Below, piece after piece: positions 28,420-42,581 of a DNA stretch of 64,000 bases (position 1 is the first letter of the stretch; each line of letters begins with the position of its first letter). The DNA lies in NCBI GenBank assembly GCA_037379345.1, contig CM074515.1:3286001-3350000 (forward strand). Direction: 5' to 3'. The notes below the pieces were generated by a model. It made no database searches. It saw only the letters and a program-made list of their open reading frames with translations, and had not been told where the DNA came from. A program made the translations under genes and the position numbers. The DNA comes from Perna viridis. Its lineage: Eukaryota.

Positions 28420-28885
28420 GATTATTACATCCAAAATTAGGGAGATATCACAAGGTATGACAATGGGTGTTACATCCAAAAGTTGGTAGATATCACAAGG
28501 TATGACCATGGGTGTTACATCCACAGGTAGGGAGATATCCCAAGGTATGACCTTGGGTGTTTCATCCACAGGTAGGGAGATATCACAAGGTATGACATTG
28601 GGCGTTACATCCACAAGTAGGGAAATATCACAAGGTATGACATAGGGTGTTACATCCACAGGTAGGGAAATATCACAAGGTATGACCATGGGTGTTAAAT
28701 CCACAGGTAGGGAAATATCACAAGGTATGACATAGGGTGTTACATCCACAAGTAGGGAAATATCACAAGGTATGACCATGGGTGTTACATCCACAAGTAG
28801 GGAGATATCACATGGTATGACAATTGGTGTTTCATCCACAAGTAGGGAGATATCACTTGGTATGACAATTGGTGTTTCATCCAAA
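28420..28885. repeat. Minisatellite, 45-bp unit, ~10 copies
   Basis: Unit gtagggagatatcacaaggtatgaccatgggtgttacatccacag. It produces the 15-aa periodic ORF 28336-28884. Confidence 0.93.
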
Positions 28886-31421
28886 CAGAGAGAGAGAAAT
28901 CACTGCTCTAGGTGATACATGTACATCTAAATCACAAGTCAGGTGATGAGGTATACCAAAAAATATTTGAAAATTTACAATAAAGATGAACAATGACATC
29001 TCTGTGCATAATAACATGACAACTTTATTTGTAAGGCGCAAGGGTCATGACAATCAATTTTGTATCTAACAGGATTCTGTGAAAGTCAGGATGAAATTTG
29101 ATTTATTAAATTTGAAATGATCTATTACCACTGGTGATACATTTCAACAACATTCATATTTTCATCAATAAAGTGTTAATCTGACATTTGAAAGACACGA
29201 CTAAATATGATTTTCTTCTCCCAACAGACAATGTTCTATTGGTTGTTACTGCACTTCTTGCCATCTTTGACAGGTCACTGATGATTTATGGAAAATACAT
29301 CCGATTTATGAAATTACTGTCACCGACTCCTATACCAATAATCCATGTTTTTAGCTTTACAATGCTATGCTAATAGAATTAATGGTCTTGTTAGGGGAAG
29401 TATTGTAGCAAGTCACAGAACAGTGGACCTGGAGCCACTGACAATGTAACTAAATGTTGTAGTAATCTGGTAAAAGAATAACTATGTCTATCTGTGTTAT
29501 AGAACTTTTATGTGATGATGGAGGCAGTGAACGTTAGGAATTTATTTTGTATGATTTTCTCTTACAACTGATGTCTCTTTAATAAGAGTTTAAAGTACAA
29601 GTCTGTTTTGATATAATATTTCACCATAAAATTTTATACAAATTAGCATTTACCTGTTAAAAAGCTGAAATTGTATTTAATATAGAAATTTTCACAAAAA
29701 AGTCTTTTTAATGGATGAAATTAAGATGTGATATAAGATACTTAAACGTTATGTGGAAAATGACAGCTTTAGAAAGTTGTCATATCAGAAAATCTGACAA
29801 GGCTTGAATAAAGGGATCATACTGTCATTTTCATCTCAAATTTAATCCATTCATACCTGATAAATGAAGGTCAGAATCAAGCGTGACGGTTCTGACCTCT
29901 GTAGTCAATTTGTCAGGAGGTTTTTATACAAAACCACAAGCCTAAAATCAGTATAGAGTAGTAATAGGGTAATGAATCGAGTAACGATAGCCTGTGAGTT
30001 GACAATATTGTCATTATTTGCTTGGTGGGTCGCAGATTATGAAAAATTATCCTCAACAGTTACAAACAGTAGATGTACTGTGTGAAGCGATACTGATCTG
30101 AAAATTAGATTATACATATCCACAAATATGATAAGCAAAGATATTTATCTACTTAACCATAATTGGCAGAGGTTTTTTTTTCATTCATAAATAATCATTT
30201 GTGAGAAAGGCTGACAGTACTATCAGTGCATAGCTGACCTTATGACCCAAATCTCAAAGTGTAATTTATTTTGATTATCAATATTAAATCTTATTTACAA
30301 TTTTTAGAAATAAAATGGGCAGTTTTGAACTAAATTGAAATTTTATGTTAGTTCCAAAGCTACGTGATGTTTAGTATACCTTACTTAGCTTCAGAGTATT
30401 TAGAACTACCTAAGGAATATTTCAATGTCAAGTTTACATACAAGGATGCCCAGTCTATACTCATATTAAATCATCCATTATCAAGTTATGACGAGAAACT
30501 TTGGTACTTCGCTTGGGTGGTAGACACCAACTCCCATCTTTTGTCAAAATCTTGACATGCTAGATCATATCCCTGATATCTTTGATGTGTCACATTATAT
30601 GAATATATTTTCTTATCAAAATTTATACAATATTTGAATAAAAATACTTTATTTTTGTAAGTATCTGACACGGACAAGGGCATTTTAGTCCTTGTTCTCT
30701 GTCGACATGGAGTTTATTGATTAACCGACTGATTAATTTTTTTCTTTAAATATTGCATAATCTGATATTTCTTAAAAGGATAATCTTTAAACTATCAATG
30801 CCACCCTTTTAAAATATTTTAAATTTGAATTTAAACCTTTTAATCAGTCAAATTGATCATAGTAAAAGCACATTGCACTCAGAGTAAGTGTACCAAAAAT
30901 GAAGTACATTTAATCAAATTTTCATGTTTATCAAACCTCTTTGCTTTATATATGTTTTATTGAAATCTTTATATCTTCATACCGAAAAACTTGTTACATT
31001 ACATAAGTGAACATGGATTTTGACCTCAACAAAAAGGCTAATGATCATATGGTATAAAGTGGATTGTATTACCTTTCTTGGTGTGACAGTCCTTTACTAG
31101 ATTTAAGTTTTATTGAGAGAACAGTGCTAGTCTTCTAAATGGTTGTATAAAAACTTAATTTTAGTAAAGCAGAAATATGTTCAAGTCAGCGTGACAGTTT
31201 TTTAATACTAGTCCACTTTGTCCAATGGCCAAACAGTATAAGTTAGATATACTATAAACCAACCTAAAATTCTTAATCGATTATATTTTGTATTATATTT
31301 TGATTTTTTATATTGGCAAATTTTTTGCTTATTTTCTGCAACTTTCTGTGGACTATCAATGAAAATGGGTTATATGGAATCCACTTCAATAGTTTGTCAG
31401 CATTTCTTTGACCTTGAATTG

Positions 31422-31495
31422 TCTCCCTTGTGTGAAATACAACACTCCCCAGCCATTCTCTCCCCTGTGAGATATACAACACTCCCCAGCCATTC
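31422..31495. repeat. Tandem duplication, ~37 bp x2
   Basis: tctcccXtgtgXgaXatacaacactccccagccattc occurs twice. Confidence 0.85.
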
Positions 31496-32549
31496 AAGTG
31501 CTCTTTGATGATGTAATTAAGTGGGTTATGTAATTAGTAATTGTGATCCCTTGCATTTACATTTGAAATCAACAAAATGATTAATTTTGAGCTGATTTTG
31601 AGTAATGATCTGCAGTACATCATGCCTTTGTCTAAATTGTATAGTTAAATGTCTTGTCTTATATATTTACCTTTAATTCTGATGTTTGATTTTCAAACCA
31701 TATGCAAGAAATTAACTTTGATATGTGGCATTTTCTGTTTATAAAAGAAAATAGGTTTTTCGTAAAATGATGTATATACATACAGTGGTGAAAGCGTGCA
31801 TTCTGGAATAATTTTGGCTGATGGTATATTATTTTTTGAAGTGGTAAAAGTTTGATAATTTGCAGAGATGCATAACTAAATTAAACAGTTTTGAGATTTT
31901 TTGGGATTACTCCAGCAGGAAGAAAATGTGTGCCGGATGTAAAGTTTTGATCCTGATTATTTGTAAAAGACAAATTTGCCCCAACCCACACAGCAAGTAT
32001 CATCAAAATGTAATTATCACCCTGTACATGAATTAATTGCTTATCAATCTGAAAAATTATTTTATAAACGATTCAAACCCTGGCATCCCTCATCCTACCA
32101 ATCTAGTACATCAGTGTATTGTCTGTTCAACCTCCCTTTTGGACCTCTGCATCTTTCAAGAGAACAATGATTTTGCAGGTGTAAAAATTTATATTTCATA
32201 GCAATATTTTGAAAATGCAGAACATGTGCAAACAATTTTTATTCTTTAGTAGTTGCATTAAGTGTCAATCAGCAGTGAGGCCACCCACTGAATAATTGCG
32301 GACTTGTTAGCAATATGAAATAATTTTATACATTTTTTGGGGATATTTTGAACAATAATTGATAAAACATTTGATAATCAGACACAAAAATCATTGAATA
32401 ATGCCTATATGAATATCAGATGAAAACAAAGATAGAAATTTCCAGCAGTTTGAACTTTCACTTGTACTTTTAGCTTCAACTTAAATCACACATACAAACT
32501 TTCTTTAAACATTTAAAATATCTCTTAAATATAAATATCTGAGCCAGTA

Positions 32550-32745
32550 AAACCACCACTAACTCTAAGTATGGAGTGACTGAAACACTTGTACCATCAA
32601 ACCACCACTAATTCGAAGTATGGAGTGACTGAAACACTTGTACCATCAAACCACCACTAACTCTAAGTATTGAGTGACTGAAACACTTGTACAGTCAGAC
32701 CACCACTAACTCTAAGTATGGAGTGACTGGAACATTTGTACAGTC
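32550..32745. repeat. Minisatellite, 49-bp unit, 4 copies
   Basis: Unit aaaccaccactaactctaagtatggagtgactgaaacacttgtaccatc. Confidence 0.92.
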
Positions 32746-32799
32746 AATTTGAAATTTTTTATTGTTGCCAATTTAAAATGACTAATATTTTTAAAATAA

Positions 32800-33460
32800 C
32801 CTGTTTAAAATGACTTGCAATAACTTAATATTTTGACTGTTATTGATGTAAAATGACTTATAGTATCCTAAATGACTGAGTATCCTAATATATTTACTGA
32901 CTGTTACCCATATTAACTTGAACAGTTTTTTATGTTTTAACTTTACTTGTGTAAAATGACTTGAGTATCATAATATTGTGACTGTTACCCATGTAAACGA
33001 CTTGGAGTATCATAATACTGTGACTGTCACTCATGTAAAATGACTTGGAATGTCATAATATTGTGACTGTCACCCATGTAAAATGACTTGGAATGTCATA
33101 ATATTGTGACTGTCACTCATGTAAAATGACTTGGAATGTCGTAATATTGTGACTGTTACCCATGTAAACGACTTGGAGTATCATAATACTGTGACTGTCA
33201 CCCATGTAAAATGACTTGGAATGTCATAATATTGTGACTGTGAACCATGTAAAATGACTTGGAATGTCATAATATTGTGACTGTCACCCATGTAAAATGA
33301 CTTGGAATGTCATAATATTGTGACTGTGAACCATGTAAAATGACTTGGAGTGTCACAATATTGTGACTGTCACCCATGTAAAATGACTTCGGGTATCCTA
33401 ATATTTTGGCTGTTACCCAGGTTAAATTGCTTAGAGTATCCAAATATTTTGGCTGTTCAT
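32800..33460. repeat. Minisatellite, 42-43-bp unit, ~12 good copies plus degenerate flanks
   Basis: Unit catgtaaaatgacttggaatgtcataatattgtgactgtcacc. Confidence 0.92.
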
Positions 33461-36400
33461 TTATACTTGGATCAAAGAATCCTAACAGTATACCTGGAAT
33501 TTTAAAGACTCAGATTCAGAGAATAATACATGAGTTTACTCTGTAATATGTTGGTTTATAGACAAATCTGTGTCTTCACTTTCAAATAATAAATATATAA
33601 ATGTTCATACTACTGCGTGTATAATACTAGTTAAATGAATAAACAGATTATATAAAGCTTACTCTCTTATTTCCCTTTTGTCAACTTGATCATAAAAATA
33701 TATTAAGTCTTAAGATATGAAAATTTTGCTCAATAAATCATATATGGTATTATATAATTGTGGACCATGTTTTGAATTACAGACTTCAACTTTTTGTATC
33801 TTAGCAAAAAATCCTTCACTGTGGTATATCAAGCATGCTCATTTATCTTCCAGAAAGGCAACGGGGTGAAAGGTCATTTCATTAAAAATCATATATGGAA
33901 GATATGAACAGTTAAGTGGATATAATGTTATAAATCATGGTTGCAAAAATCTCATAAACTATCAAAAATTGTTATCTTGATTCCATACAATGACAAATTG
34001 TCATAAAGGATCATACAAAATACTTTGATAAATAATTTAATTTATTGCTGCATCCTGGTTTTTCTGATCTTTAAAAAATTGAATTATTATAAATTATAGG
34101 ATATAGAAATTGATTTTGTTTGGGCTGGATGTGTCAACAGTTGAAAGACAACATATTAGGTGATTTAAATATTATTGTAACAGGACTGTTTGGCTGTTCT
34201 GTAACTAAAACTTAAGAATGGTTAAGTTTTCAAAATTTTTCTCACTTTTATAATTTTGGTTTAGAGTTCAGTATTGTGGGTAAGGGTTGACTTAGGTGCA
34301 CTATAATGTACTGAACAAGTACACTTGGACAATTACAAACTTGTATCATTTGAACAATAGTAAATGGTGTAATCCTTCTATTACAAATATTAGTTACATA
34401 TAAATTTGGGGGAATAACACAATATAATTTTCTTTTAAGTTAAAATATGGATTATGATTTTATCAGAATGAGACCAAAGGTCACCATTATATTTCAATGG
34501 GTTTTTGCTTGATTACAATAACACAGTAATTTTGAATATCACTGGGTTGTGACTTGCATGTCCTTTTAACATTCATCAAACATTTAAATTGTATTGGGTC
34601 AAATTGAGTCATCTTAGTACCTAACTTTTTTTACAGACCTGATGACTATCTCTGTTACTGATCTGACCTCGTGGTCTGACAAGATCCTGGCACATTGATG
34701 ATCAGGTCTTGAATTTCATAAAAAGTTAAAAGGATATCTTAAAGATTTGAACAAATTTCTTTTATCATTGTCACATAATATCAATATTTTGATTGAATTA
34801 TAAAGTCATTCATTTAAAATGCCATAAATTTGGATAGAATTTCTATGTGGACTGTTCGGAAGCTGTACTTCAACAGTGGGATTAATCAGTTTGCACCTAA
34901 CTACACCAACTACCATCAATAATATTAATAATATATTGTCAATATTTACCATACATGTAATAATTAAATGGAAAATTGATATAAATATATCTTAATTTGA
35001 AAGTACCACAGGGGAAAACCAAAACTTGAAATCTTTGTTAAAATCTTCTCCCACATAGCTTTTGAATGATTTATTAAATTTATTTTAGAATTTTGTGTTA
35101 TAGCATCCACCTATTTATCATAGAAGTATGGCAGATATTTAACTGACTGCTGTGCCAATTTGTCATATTTTACAACCTACAACCAACATAACATAAATCA
35201 AGAGGCTCCAAGAAAAGTTTTCTTAAAGGGAAGCAACTTTGTATATCAGATGCTTTGGAGATAATCCATGTCAATTTTCAAAAATTCAGTAATGCCCCAA
35301 AACACACAAAACTGTGTCATATCCAGATAAAACTTAAATTTTCATGCCATCATAACACTTTTTGCATCCATTTTGTCGAAGAACTCACAAGTTTCTTCTC
35401 AAAATTAATGAAAACAGATGTGTTTCACTCTATAAAAAATGGATGCTTTCTTGCTTCCTTAAATATTTAAAAATGATATATAGAGACCATGATGACTTCA
35501 ATTTGTATCTCATCTGCTTCAAGACACAGAATAAGATTAAATGGAATCAGCATCATTTCATTTAAAGTTTTGGCAGAAGTATTAATTTCTCTGACAATCT
35601 CTTAATATTAAGCATAATGTCATGGATACAAATTAAATGGTGTCTTATGTATGACATCATGTCCTATAATTGAATTTTGCTTGGTCCAGTGATAAAAATT
35701 AATGATGTTTCCATAAACTTTTTAAAACTAATTTGATGAACTAAAATCTTAATCATACCAGAAAGATTAAATGTCTACTTTTTTTTGTATGTGTACTATT
35801 TGACTTATTAGGAGAGAAAAAATGTCAGTCTACACGGGAGGTTTACACCCAATCCCAGTGGTAACTGATTCTTATGAAGGCTTGTACTAAGTATCATAAC
35901 TCACTAGAGTAGAAATGACAGAGCTGCTGATTCCAATAAAATTCAGCCCAGAATTTTGAAAAATATGATCCTTTTTATCAGAGATTTTTGACAGAATTAT
36001 ATTCCTCCCTCCTGCTAAACAGCTGCACATCAATTCTTATAGATATATAGTTTTGGAGATTGGCCATTTTAAACAAACATTTGGATAATTCACTTTTATA
36101 ATTTTTCTTTTTTATCTGAAAATTATTATTTTGAATAGCCATAATTCTTAAGACAAGCACATTCCTACCAAGCTTAACAATTTGTCATTTCAACAATACA
36201 GATAGACTCACTGATTAGATGATAAAAGATGAAAATTAGCGAGACTTTTTCTATTTTATTTTTTTTGGCAGTTGGGAAACATACATCATGATGCTAGTTA
36301 ACAATCTGCTAAACATTCATAAAACTGATGATATAAAGGAACATGTGGGGCCGATCATACAAATTGTGTTTAATATATATTTTCCTTTGATTTTTATAGA

Positions 36401-37359
36401 AAAGGTTGTCTTTAAAACAGAAGTAGAAACATCTGTGAGCAGAAAAAAATTAAATATGATATCTGACATGATTTATTAGTGTATTAAAAGACATGATGTG
36501 TGATTTATATTCTTATATAAAACACATCAAAACCATCTCTGTCTGTGTTTTATAGAACTTGAGCTTTTTGTGTTTTTTTGGGGTGTTTAAAAAATGTGAA
36601 GTATAAGGGTGGTAAATGGATAAATTTATTGTGAGACTTTTAAGTTATCTACATAACATCTATATGCAGAGGGTGACTTAAATGAGGAAGAGGAATCAAC
36701 AGATCTTTGTGCTTCAACTGAATAAATACAAATGTAAAGTTTTGTAATAGTTGAACATAATGTTCAATTGTCTCACAGTTTGGAAAGATAATTAAGAGAT
36801 TTATTGTCAGTTAGAGAAGTTTAGAAAGCCACTTAGTGAACACCTTTCCTTACCTAAAGGATGACTATCATGTATAGGATAAAACACAAGATGTATATTG
36901 TTGATTTCAGGGGAATCTTCATAAGAGTCAAACTTGTTATTGTAAGTGATGAAAGAAAGTAATCAGATTGCAGGATAATATAAAAGTAATTGCTGTAGAT
37001 TATTGCAAAAATATGAGCAAAGAGATAAAAATACCTCCAGTTTAAACAATTATAAGAAGAAGAATCTGAACAAGTGACTTTGATGATGTACATCTGATGT
37101 AACTCCAGATTTTTGTCATAAACAATCAATTCTGAATCAAAAATATAGGATGGAATTTTTCATATTGTAATAAATTTCTATGATGTGAATATTTTGAATT
37201 TATAAGCGATAAGAATTTTGGATGCATTCAAACTTAAGTAATAATAAGAATGGGAATTATTAACTGTCTGTCCCTATCAGGTCCATCTATGTAAATCTAT
37301 TGTCAGATTCATAGGATTAAAATTTGATCATTTTATTTTGTTTTTTTGTTTTGCTTCAG

Positions 37360-37476
37360 TGGTAGAGCGTTCCCAGTATGTGAGTGATGACCCATTCTTC
37401 AGACATAAATGCAGGCTTTGCCATAAGGTGTTTGGTAGTGACAGCGCTCTACAGATTCATATACGTTCACATACTG
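37360..37476 (+). CDS. sall: SALL coding exon 4: first finger of the first double-finger cluster
   Basis: Long pyrimidine tract then ttcag|TG. Translates [40 protein letters not shown], a frame absent from the ORF track. Donor G|gtaagt at 37477. Confidence 0.93.
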
Positions 37477-38394
37477 GTAAGTCAAAGCCAAGATTCACAA
37501 ATTATTATTAACATTGTTATAGAAGTTCAAATTAAATTAAAATTAAATAAACATGTGGCCTCCACATACCCGCTGTTCAGTTTTATAAGCTGCATTTTAC
37601 TCTTTTCCAAGTTTCAAGTATTTCCTCAAGGTTAACCATATCCCAAACTTAAGACACTTCATATTAATTATTAGGTAAAGCTGTATAAAGAAAAAATGTA
37701 TGCAAATTAGCCAGAATCCCTTGACATCATAATCCTTCATCTAAAGGAACACTGAGCTGACTACTCAGCTTAACTTTTGTATAATGGGTAATATAATTGT
37801 TTAAGTAATGTAGGTTTATAATGAGTCTGTCAATACACTTTCCCAGGCAGTCCAATAATTAATGACATTACAAAATAGTTATTAAACTATTACATATAAC
37901 CTTCATCTACCACAAAAGACCTCCCAGTCCTCTGGGCTTTTGGACATCAGTTTTGGCAATATTTCATACAGAAATTGCTTTTTGATATTAATTTATTAAC
38001 GAGTTTTGCCAATAGGCCTAAGATGAAATATTCTGTTTTTCTGCAACTCTGCACTATAAATGATGTTGGTTATAAATTGAAGATGAGGTTTTGAGGGAAA
38101 TAGGCACAATAAAGGATGAAGAATGTTTTTTATTCATGTAAAATTTATCATCTGTGCAGATATGATGAAATACGTCAACATTCATAAAAGGGCATTTATC
38201 ATAGCAAGTGTCCCTCTAGACTTCTGTTTTACTTGGGGCATAAAACACAGTATGTTTTGGAAGTATTAAAGTCGAGCAAAAACGTCTCCGTCTTCATTGT
38301 AACTTATAGATGATGCCAGAATTTTAAGCTATGTTAAGGACCCAGGTTTTTCCCCCATGTAAAAAATAGACATATAAATTGTATTAACCATATT

Positions 38395-38460
38395 CACGGG
38401 AGATCCAGGATTTTAGATTAAGGGGGATGCACAGTCCCCGCCACGTCTGAATCCGCCCCT
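38395..38460. mobile_element. Internally deleted MITE remnant
   Basis: GC-rich insert with degenerate TIRs cacgggagatccag ... ctgaatccgcccctg inside an AT-rich intron. Confidence 0.35.
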
Positions 38461-41400
38461 GATATTTTGTTGAAGGACCGGAAACATTAAAGTTCATCAC
38501 TTAACGGTTATTATACAGTTGAAGTGCAATTCATTTTCAGAGAAAGTTTATTTAGAATGCTAGACAATACTAGAGTTCAACATAGGTCATTAATCAGCAT
38601 AGTATCAAAAAACTTGCCTTTAATTCAATTATCTACAATTTATTGAAAAATGGAATTTTTGACTGGAATTAATTGCAGTACAGGAGAGATGCTGTGAGCT
38701 CACAAGTAATAATTTTTCGTTGTTTTGTAAAAAATGGCAGTTCATTACAACAAGAGCAATAACAAAATTGTTGAGAGAATTAGATTATCTGCTGAAACCA
38801 TGCCCTAATCAACTGAAAAATGAATTATGCTCTGAAAACTTTTGTCATCTGTTATGATAAAGGTCGCAATTTTCAACACATTCTTATGCAAAGTGAAAAT
38901 TTTATTAACATGAAAAATTATAGTAATTTACCCTTAACAGCTACATTTGATGGTTTCTTTTTTCATTGTTACTAATTCTATCAATAATTTGGAAAGAAAA
39001 TAACAACTTACTGTAATTAACATAGGATAGACACCACGTAAATTTCAAGGTCACAAAAAGGCATTTTTAAATTCTCAAGGTCATAGTACAATCATCACGT
39101 CCTGGCACTTTCCAAATTATTTTTCTCAATTTTTCAACTTTTGTACCATATTAGGTCGCATATTACAAATTTCACGACATAAAAAAATATGTTCAAACGT
39201 GATAGGACCTCACTACCTTAACACGGTCTGGTTTGTTATAGCCCAAGGGTATTGTGCAGTCTGGGTTACCTATAGACAGGCACGGTACAAAATATTATGA
39301 CAATTTAGCATGTTAAAACAAAATATTTTATTCAAATGTTTGTCGATTTTGAAATGTCATTAATTTCTTCAAAATTGACGGTTGTTGAAAAAATGATTTT
39401 GAAATAGGTAACCGAATTTGCACTTTTATGCATTCCGTTTACCACAATGGACAGTGTTTATTAAGAAGCATTGACTCCGTCCTGTGAGAATTGTCACTGA
39501 GACTCTCATAGAACGTTGTATCAGTATTTGGGTGTGAGAAAACTTCTCTGTTCAATTATAAGGTCTGACTGGGTAATGGTATGCTATGGATTGGTGTGTG
39601 AACAGTGTGGTCATCACTGAATGGACATTACAGACTGGTCATGAATTATAACTGATATTAAAGTTAATTACCGTAAATATTCGGTAAATTTATAAACTTT
39701 GCCAAGACATTGCCAAATGGAGGAGGCAGGTTTTCCAAATCTATATCTTTTGAAAACCCACCTTTTCTTTATCAGTGGACATCGCATTTGAAATCCAGTA
39801 GAAAAACACCCTATATCTATCGTATAAAAATGTCAAATAAGAAAGTAGAAGACCAAGTTCGTGTGTTTCACGTGTAGTTAACAAACCTTTCTTACTTTTG
39901 TCAAATTTGATTTTTAGAGAAGATTCTATAATGTCACCGTTGACAGTTATCGCCGTTAGTTTTATTCCGTTATTTAGATACTATTTATTAGAGACCACAC
40001 GGTAATGTATCAAAATTGGAAAGTTTGAAGATTAACAATAATTGTTATTCTCTATAATCAGAAAGGTGACCCAGCTGAAATGCTGTTATTATCTAATTCT
40101 CGATGGACAGTTAAGAATGTTATGGTCATGGCTGGCTTGAGAAGAAAGGCGGAAATCTAAGATGGCAGGTGGTCCTATGACAAGTTTGAGAGATGGCTAG
40201 AAATTAAATGCTAATAAAAGTGATAAAATATTTTAATGTCTGAAGATGAGGGGATTTTTCATCCTATACATACTTACATTTAAATACTCAGCGTGAAATT
40301 TTGAGGCCCCAACAGGAAGTGTCTGTGTGTCTGTAATGTTGATTCTGGGCATACCCAGTTCCATCTTGGGTATACTAAATTCGCTATTGATTTATTTGAT
40401 AACAAGAAGTAGCTTCGTGTTCATGATGGGTGCGTGTTTTTTAAATTGGATAAATGGCCTTTATTTCTCCCTATCAAGTAATTTTATTAGCATTGTGATA
40501 TATGTAGATGTTCAGTCGTTTTAAAGTTAATTCTGTCAGTTATTCACGGTGGAATGATCGTTATTTCAACATCTTATAACTTGAAGACAAATACTTAAGA
40601 AGTGGTTAAAAGACTGAATCCCTGTTTTACCCTCTAGTAACAATAGCAGATTAAAAAGATGATATTTCATAACAGATAAGTTTTGTTATGGACGTGTCAT
40701 GTTCGAAGTCTTTATGTCAGATTTGCAGATGGCCCAAAAAGGCTTAGGGATTTACAACTGGCAATAACACTCGAAAAAATTAGCATAAGAATTATATTTT
40801 AAAAATGTTCCGAAAAAATGAAGAATTAATAATAATACGGTGTTTAGAAATGTCTTATTGAAATTGAGTAACATATATCATTGGTATTATGTGTGATGCT
40901 TGTTATAACATAATCCGTAACTAATGGATAGGCATTTTCTTTTCAAATGATTTCAATCGTAAGATAGTTTATAACATATTATTATCACATTCATTCCAAA
41001 TTTTTGAAGCTCACAAGTGGGTCTGTATTTAAGTTAGAGGTTGACACTTTCAAGTATGTAGTCTGCAGATGTATAATGTCGTGCAACTGCGTGCATTGTA
41101 TGAAGTATCCCCTGAAAACACCAGTCTTGGTGTCTTGGTGGTGTAGCTCTAATGTTATCAATCTTCATTAGCGGCCGTGGAGCCGTATCCCGCTAAAATC
41201 GGGCGGGTCATTATCAGTTCCATCGAACCGATATGGAATAACACTTCTAAATTTTTTTCTATGGGCTTATGTTGGAGCACAAAAGTTCACCTCTTCTAAA
41301 TTATGTTTTTAAAGTAAAATTTTACGCCGAAGTACAAATCTTCAATGGACTCAATTCTATACGTATATTTTTTTTTCAATTTAAAGTAAACATTGGTTAA

Positions 41401-42449
41401 AATTTTATCGATTTAAATATCAAATCCAAAATAAATCAAATAATTTAAATTTAATTTTAATTTTCAGGTGGTCACTACAACCTGTTTAAGTGGTCACTTT
41501 AATCGTGTGTGGCCAACAATAAAAATTCAATGTTTGAATCTTGACAATTACATAAGTAAACGTCTTTGTTGATGCCGTATACTGTCTTTTATAATGGTCT
41601 TGCCCAAGGAAATAAAATGAATATTTAATTATAACTCTTTACAGAATTCAAGAAATTTTATCTGGTTTTTACATTTTCATTTCAATTTTCATGTTTTGTG
41701 ATTCAGTTATTTCTTAGGTCCACAAACTGAGTTCAGTAAGAATAAATACTCCCCTCTTACCACATCAAAAGAATGGTCATTTCTATAAATGAAATTGAAT
41801 TAGATACTTTCTTTGAAAATTTATTTTTCAATAATTATGAAATATTTGATTCCCCAATGCTATGAAAATAGGAATAAAACCTTACGGTATAATATGTGAG
41901 AGTGGGCAGTAATTAGTAGATACAGGATGGAATTCCTCTGATCTTTGCCATATAATCGAATTATCCAACTGTGAAATTAATCATGTCCAAACTTTATCAT
42001 AAAGAAAATTGATAACTTTAACATCAGATTATCAATTGGTCTTTCTCTTTTCATAAATAATAGGTCAGATTGACCACAAGACTTAAGTTATATAACTGTT
42101 TTACATTGGGTCATAGAGAACCATTTTAACAAGTCATTCGGTACACTGCCTTTCAAGACATAATGATCCGAATTACATTAAAATTTTTTCATTTAGATAA
42201 AACGAATTTAATGGCCATTCAGCTAAAATTCATATGGAAATAAAACCAAGTGCAGTTATTGTTGAGGGCTTGAGGAAACAGACCCAAGATAAATCAAGTT
42301 ATGATGATGTGTCCATTTTTAGGCCATTACCACCTATACCTATAAGCTATTTTACTTGGACTCTTTTCAAAACCAGGACGATATAAGTTGCTAGATAATA
42401 GTCTATACGCTATTGCTCATAATTTCACTTTAGACCTTTTTAAAATTTC

Positions 42450-42499
42450 TGTCAATAATGTATACGTATGTTTATGTCAATAATGTATACGTACGTTTA
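42450..42499. repeat. 25-bp tandem duplication
   Basis: tgtcaataatgtatacgtaYgttta occurs twice, about 80 bp upstream of the exon 5 acceptor. Confidence 0.85.
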
Positions 42500-42581
42500 T
42501 GGTTTCAGAAGTTTTGGTTTTGCCTGTTTTCACATTGGAATGTATACAATATTTAATACAATATTATCTTTCTCTTTTCAG

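Noticed and set aside
28336-28884. 182-aa repetitive ORF on the minus strand
   Set aside because: It is a translation of a 45-bp minisatellite whose unit is a multiple of 3. The start is non-ATG and there is no splice or domain support.
37384-37635. 83-aa ORF from the track
   Set aside because: Wrong frame. The real exon 37360-37476 is read in another frame and encodes the SALL finger.
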